From positions 124,001 through 188,000 of the forward strand of contig NIVC01001611.1 in assembly GCA_002269645.1 (NCBI GenBank): DNA of 64,000 nt. The letters run 5' to 3'. This document shows, piece by piece, positions 58,276 through 64,000 of the stretch. The translations under genes and the position numbers were made by a program. The stretch is from Macrostomum lignano (Eukaryota). Every line of letters begins with the position of its first letter. Within the stretch, counting starts at the first letter, position 1. A model generated the notes under the pieces. It made no database searches. It had not been told where the DNA came from and worked only from the letters and a program-made list of their open reading frames with translations.

Positions 58276-59519
58276 ACCGTGACAGGAAACAAAGCAAATC
58301 ATGGCGAATGCTGTCAAGTCGCTCCCAGTAAACGCTGACAAGGCTGCCCGTGGGCTTGGTTTGAGTCAAGTACGAAGTTGTATATTTGAGAAGAGCGAAA
58401 TATTGCAATGTTTTGTGTAATACGTGGTATAGGTGGCGAGACCAATATAGGCTTAAAAGATAAACAAGTGAGTGCAGGGGCTTAAAACTTAGAATCGATC
58501 ACTACTGAATATTAGCATGTCAAGCGGGAGAGAGAAAGTACACAGAGCAGCGTACACTGGGGTAGGCCAGTTTGGCTATAGTTAGGCTGGCTGGCTAGTT
58601 AGAGTTACTCATTATTGAACTCTGGTGAGTCAGGCGTAGTGCAGTGTACATCAAAACACGCCCGGCACCTCAATTGCTTTACGAGGCTGGCTATTTTATG
58701 GCCAGCACCAAAGCAGCAATAGCTAGCTAGATTTGAATGGTTTCTCAAGGACGAATTTTGCAAAGAACGATAGCGAAACGCATTAAACTGCATTGTCCAT
58801 GATAATTGAACAGGAGCCGCGTAGGCGAAATTCAAGCTCAGTCCATAGCCTTGTCAAAACATGGTATGGAGGGGTCCAATCTTCTGATCATCATAAGATT
58901 GGTTACTCCTGAGCTTCTTTGCTTTCCTTTCTGTGCAACAACTTCGATAAATCTCGAACTATAGTCCCTTGACAATTTGTTTGTCTTCCCCAGTTATATA
59001 TTTCATTCATGCTTTATCCATTTGCGTGTTTTAACCATGTTTGAAAAGATGCATGCATGCGTTAACCATGTCTTCTCATAATTTATTCACCGGATTTGTC
59101 CGTATCAGACTGCGTTGATTATATACTATATACATGTATGATGAGTCACTTTAAAAAACTTTGCTATATATATGCATTATGTTCTATCCATGGATCATGC
59201 ATGATTTATCCATAATCGGGCACTTACTGTACAGTTGCACACCAACATGCACACTTGATTTCGCCGATTCGCTAATCCCGTGACACATCTCGAATTACAT
59301 TGCAGTGCAGTTGACGGGCTGGAAAGTCCTGTTTCGCAATGGCTATAACCAGCTTCAGAACTGTTGTTCAGATGTAGATATCAGATTTAGATGCAGTATT
59401 CTGCATCTAAAATTACGCTCACCTGCATACATGCAGCACTAAAGACTCTCAGACTGTCAAGATTGGCAGGAGAAGTAAAATTTCGATTGAGAGTGCAATG
59501 CTGTCCAATCTAGGGTACA

Positions 59520-60790
59520 TATGCAGGTAGTGGCCCATCACTGACTACAGCAACTACCTATGCTGATCTTACGCATCTGACAGAACAGGGAGCCAGTGTG
59601 AAGTGTCAAATATACCCTTAAGAACTCAGCATGCAGTAGTGGTTCATCACTGACTACTAGCAACTACCTGTGCTGATCTTACGCATCTGACAGAACAGGG
59701 AGCCAGTGTGAAGTGTCAAATATACCCTTAAGAACTCAGCATGCAGTAGTGGTTCATCACTGACTACTAGCAACTACCTGTGCTGATCTTACGCATCTGA
59801 CAGAACAGGGAGCCAGTGTGAAGTGTCAAATATACCCTTAAGAACTCAGCATGCAGTAGTGGCCCATCACTGACTACTAGCAACTACCTGTGCTGATCTT
59901 ACGCATCTGACAGAACAGGGAGCCAGTGTGAAGTGTCAAATATACCCTTAAGAACTCAGCATGCAGTAGTGGTTCATCACTGACTACTAGCAACTACCTG
60001 TGCTGATCTTACGCATCTGACAGAACAGGGAGCCAGTGTGAAGTGTCAAATATACCCTTAAGAACTCAGCATGCAGTAGTGGTTCATCACTGACTACTAG
60101 CAACTACCTGTGCTGATCTTACGCATCTGACAGAACAGGGAGCCAGTGTGAAGTGTCAAATATACCCTTAAGAACTCAGCATGCAGTAGTGGCCCATCAC
60201 TGACTACTAGCAACTACCTGTGCTGATCTTACGCATCTGACAGAACAGGGAGCCAGTGTGAAGTGTCAAATATACCCTTAAGAACTCAGCATGCAGTAGT
60301 GGCCCATCACTGACTACTAGCAACTACCTGTGCTGATCTTACGCATCTGACAGAACAGGGAGCCAGTGTGAAGTGTCAAATATACCCTTAAGAACTCAGC
60401 ATGCAGTAGTGGTTCATCACTGACTACTAGCAACTACCTGTGCTGATCTTACGCATCTGACAGAACAGGGAGCCAGTGTGAAGTGTCAAATATACCCTTA
60501 AGAACTCAGCATGCAGTAGTGGTTCATCACTGACTACTAGCAACTACCTGTGCTGATCTTACGCATCTGACAGAACAGGGAGCCAGTGTGAAGTGTCAAA
60601 TATACCCTTAAGAACTCAGCATGCAGTAGTGGTTCATCACTGACTACTAGCAACTACCTGTGCTGATCTTACGCATCTGACAGAACAGGGAGCCAGTGTG
60701 AAGTGTCAAATGTACCCTAATTAAGAACTCAGCATGCAGTAGTGGTTCATCACTGCAGTGACTACTAGAGCAACTACATGTACCTGTGCT
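59520..60790. repeat. 110-bp satellite, ~11.5 near-identical copies
   Basis: Period 110 (e.g. 59641 to 59751); the only recurrent variant is GGTTCATC vs GGCCCATC. Confidence 0.95.
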
Positions 60791-62051
60791 GATCTTACAC
60801 TGTATTGCTTGATCATTATATGTTTATGTTATGTACACATTACTTCATACACATGGCGGGAAAGATGGCCAGGGAAAATAGCTCCAATATATTCTTTTTT
60901 CATCTCATGTTGCCAAACAAATTGCCATATTGTCCATGAAGAAAAACCATTACCTTTCATGGCCATGCTCCCTAGCTTGCGGCGGTACATTGAATAACGT
61001 GGCTGAAATGAATTTCTGCCGTCGGTGGTTTTATCTGTATAGCTCAGAGCATAGTTCAGAGCATTCAGTGTATACATGTCGGTAATTTTTGCGTTTCTGC
61101 AATTTCTCAATGAAGCAATAATGTAGAGTACATATCAAACCTTTCAAAGCTGCACGTAAGAATGATGGAAATTTTTCTGCTTATGATGCAGCGGGCTTTC
61201 AGTTCTGATTGTTGTTGCGCAATGGCTCATGCTTTCGTACATATATGTATCAATGACCACTGTACTACAGTGGTCCTTGATATGTATGTAGCATCGACTG
61301 CGCAGATGTCCTGGACGCGGGAGCGCAGCTGAAAAGGCGGCCCCCTCCCATGCCGACAGCCCGTAAAAATAAGCGGAAGTCGCACAGGCTCGGCACTTCC
61401 ACAGTACTGCACATGTGGGGATACATGCAGATATGACAATTTATGTACTGCGCGAGGGCTATTGCAGCCCATTAAATTTTATTAATTGTACTGATTATTG
61501 CAAGGAATAGAAAGACGAAAAACAAGAAGCGATAGTTATAAATATTCTGGCTAATAGAGTGAAAAACAATGCTATTGGGGTCGTACTATAAAGCTGTCTT
61601 AGCGTAAGTTCGATCGTACGTCGGAACTTTTACACTACGGAGATGGGAGCTAAGAACGATCTTATCTTACGATGGCTTTATAGAACGGGCCAATTGTTTT
61701 TAGCTCGTATTATAGAATTTATAAATTAAGCGCGCTTTTTTTGCGTAATTTGTGAGTTGTAGTATTAGGCAGTTTTTAACTATCGAAACTACCGTCTTAA
61801 TTCCACAATAGTACCACACTATCGTGTTGAACGAGACATTTAGGCACCCGGGAACATGTATTCAGACACGTGTACATGTACTCACTTCACCGGGGATACA
61901 TGCAGATATAACAATTTATGACAAACCAAAGCGTTAAAAGTTGCGTGAGCAGGGTAATACAATGATTGGGACTCGCTAATATCTAATATCAGGCTGCGAC
62001 TGCGATAACTGGCGAATAGGAAAGAAAACAGTACGATTTAAAGCAATGATT

Positions 62052-62785
62052 GTGCTGCCTGCCGCCTCCCCCAACAGCTCCGCTGCCTGCCGCCTCCCCC
62101 AACAGCTCCGCTGCCTGCCGCCTCCCCCAACAGCTCCGCTGCCTGCCGCCTCCCCCAACAGCTCCGCTGCCTGCCGCCTCCCCCAACAGCTCCGCTGCCT
62201 GCCGCCTCCCCCAACAGCTCCGCTGCCTGCCGCCTCCCCCAACAGCTCCGCTGCCTGCCGCCTCCCCCAACAGCTCCGCTGCCTGCCGCCTCCCCCAACA
62301 GCTCCGCTGCCTGCCGCCTCCCCCAACAGCTCCGCTGCCTGCCGCCTCCCCCAACAGCTCCGCTGCCTGCCGCCTCCCCCAACAGCTCCGCTGCCTGCCG
62401 CCTCCCCCAACAGCTCCGCTGCCTGCCGCCTCCCCCAACAGCTCCGCTGCCTGCCGCCTCCCCCAACAGCTCCGCTGCCTGCCGCCTCCCCCAACAGCTC
62501 CGCTGCCTGCCGCCTCCCCCAACAGCTCCGCTGCCTGCCGCCTCCCCCAACAGCTCCGCTGCCTGCCGCCTCTCCCCTAACAGTTCCGCTGCCTGCCGCC
62601 TCCCCCAACAGCTCCGCTGCCTGCCGCCTCCCCCAACAGCTCCGCTGCCTGCCGCCTCCCCCAACAGTTCCGCTGCCTGCCGCCTCCCCCAACAGCTCCG
62701 CTGCCTGCCGCCTCCCCCAACAGTTCCGCTGCCTGCCGCCTCCCCCAACAGTTCCGCTGCCTGCCGCCTCCCCCACAGCTCCGCC
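62052..62785. repeat. 28-bp GC-rich minisatellite CTGCCTGCCGCCTCCCCCAACAGCTCCG
   Basis: About 26 copies. Confidence 0.95.
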
Positions 62786-63689
62786 TCTATCAGGATTTTA
62801 GGGAATTTACCACCAATTCGTCTGATCTGGTGCACGTTGTACACCGACAAAATAATGGTTAAACACAGCGTGCAAGCTTCAAGACAGGGACATGCAGTTA
62901 TTAACAAATCATTCTCTAGGAAGCTTGATCGTCACAAATAATTGGCACCAGACGTATTGCTTTCGACGATGTAAACGAGACTTGCGCCAATTCAAATGGG
63001 ACGCCATATGTTTCTCAAACAACATCTGCGAAGCGAAGTCACAGGGTTTTTATGAGTATTGCAAGACACAGCAGTGGCAGAAAGGAATATTAACGTGAAG
63101 GTTGTGAAGTGAGTTGTTTTTTTATTCAGGCTAGTATTTTGCGTTGGTTTAGCTTAAGCCTGTAGCTCTAGATTCCTTGGTTCTATGAGTGATCCAAAGA
63201 TCAAATACTAAGTTTGCTGCTCAATCTGCTTTCCGTATACCTTGCTTGAGAAGCATATGGATCAGTGAGGAGTCTGACTAGGCTCGTTTAGATCGTCAAA
63301 AGCAATACTACAGCATGGCATTTCAATGTATTTCAAGCGATTCAAACGGCCATTACGCTAGTAGCATTCAACAGCAGATTGGTTTCGGCGCCACGAAATG
63401 TAAAATTATTGGCGCAATGTTACGTCAGTACATGCGGAAGTACTATATACTCGTAGCTGTAATGCAGAACAGCGGCAGTAGCTAAATATTGACATCCAAA
63501 CTGGAATATAACTGGAATAATATTACACGCAATAAATAGCATTGACACCAAACGGTAGAAAAGAAAAACACAAGAAAAGTGCACGGAATTAAAAGTAAAG
63601 AGTTCGCAAATGGTTGGTTCGGGCAAATTATTCTGAAGAGACAACAGCAACAACAAGGCAAACCGCCGGGGAACAGAGTACACTTCACA

Positions 63690-64000
63690 ATGGGAGGCGG
63701 TGCCAGATCGGTTTTCTCAGTGCGAGCTCTCTGAAGGCGGCAACAGCGTGCGCCTGGCCGATCACCCAGCGTCATCCAGCAGGCAATCCGCGTAGCGGTT
63801 GCACTGGTTGAGAACAGTAGGCCTCCGCCGGATGGTGTGGCCCGCCAGTTGAAGTCTTCGCCTGCGGAGGGTCTCGCTAGGTCGTCGCAGCAGTCTGGCA
63901 GCGCGGCGTTCTGCAGGACAACTCGGATGGAGCGGAAGGCCGCCCAGGCCAGGCCCCTGCGTTGCGCCAAGTCCTCCTGGACACTGGGCGCAAGACTGCC
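63690..64000 (-). mobile_element. Degenerate non-LTR retrotransposon (RTE-like) 3' fragment, runs off the window
   Basis: Minus strand GSLAPSVQEDLAQRRGLAWAAFRSIRVVL resembles the end of RT/thumb; after a frameshift or deletion, LRRRRLQLAGHTIR resembles the RRL.W.GH..R motif of RTE-type ORFs. Confidence 0.65.

Noticed and set aside
58605-59000. Possible decayed P/THAP9-like transposase (C..C motif)
   Set aside because: Resemblance too faint and broken by stops to support by eye.
59520-60790. CRISPR array
   Set aside because: Units are identical end to end with no variable spacer.
61578-61691. Short imperfect inverted repeat (CTATAAAGC/GCTTTATAG), possible Harbinger-type MITE
   Set aside because: About 14/17 match and no clear TSD.
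61976-62907. Multiple 170-290-aa ORFs on both strands
   Set aside because: Products of the 28-bp GC-rich array.

Overview
Eukaryotic (metazoan) genomic DNA with spliceosomal introns. The intron-filling minisatellites and gene style suggest a flatworm such as Macrostomum, but this is inference and cannot be confirmed here. Host genes: 3' end of POLD3 (+), a 6-exon PRPF3 (+) with a 15-nt microexon, a 2-exon prostanoid EP4-like GPCR (-) head-to-head with an intronless atypical Rab-like GTPase (+), a candidate 81-aa Cys-rich lipidated micropeptide (+), a 4-exon RanBP9/10 (-), and a 5-exon unknown gene (+) with a degenerate HMG-box-like N-terminus and a coding RS/RG repeat. Mobile DNA: an intact, very young Mag-like Ty3/Gypsy element in a PRPF3 intron, a SAP-domain DIRS/Ngaro-type gag fragment, three copies of a tRNA-derived SINE, several TIR/MITE elements and an RTE-like LINE fragment. 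About 25 distinct tandem arrays fill introns and intergenic space. Most notable: two MITEs in RanBP9 intron 1 with different terminal repeats carry the same ~70-bp copy of the 28S rRNA segment targeted by R2, Pokey and I-PpoI, with the cleavage/insertion site itself selectively altered.
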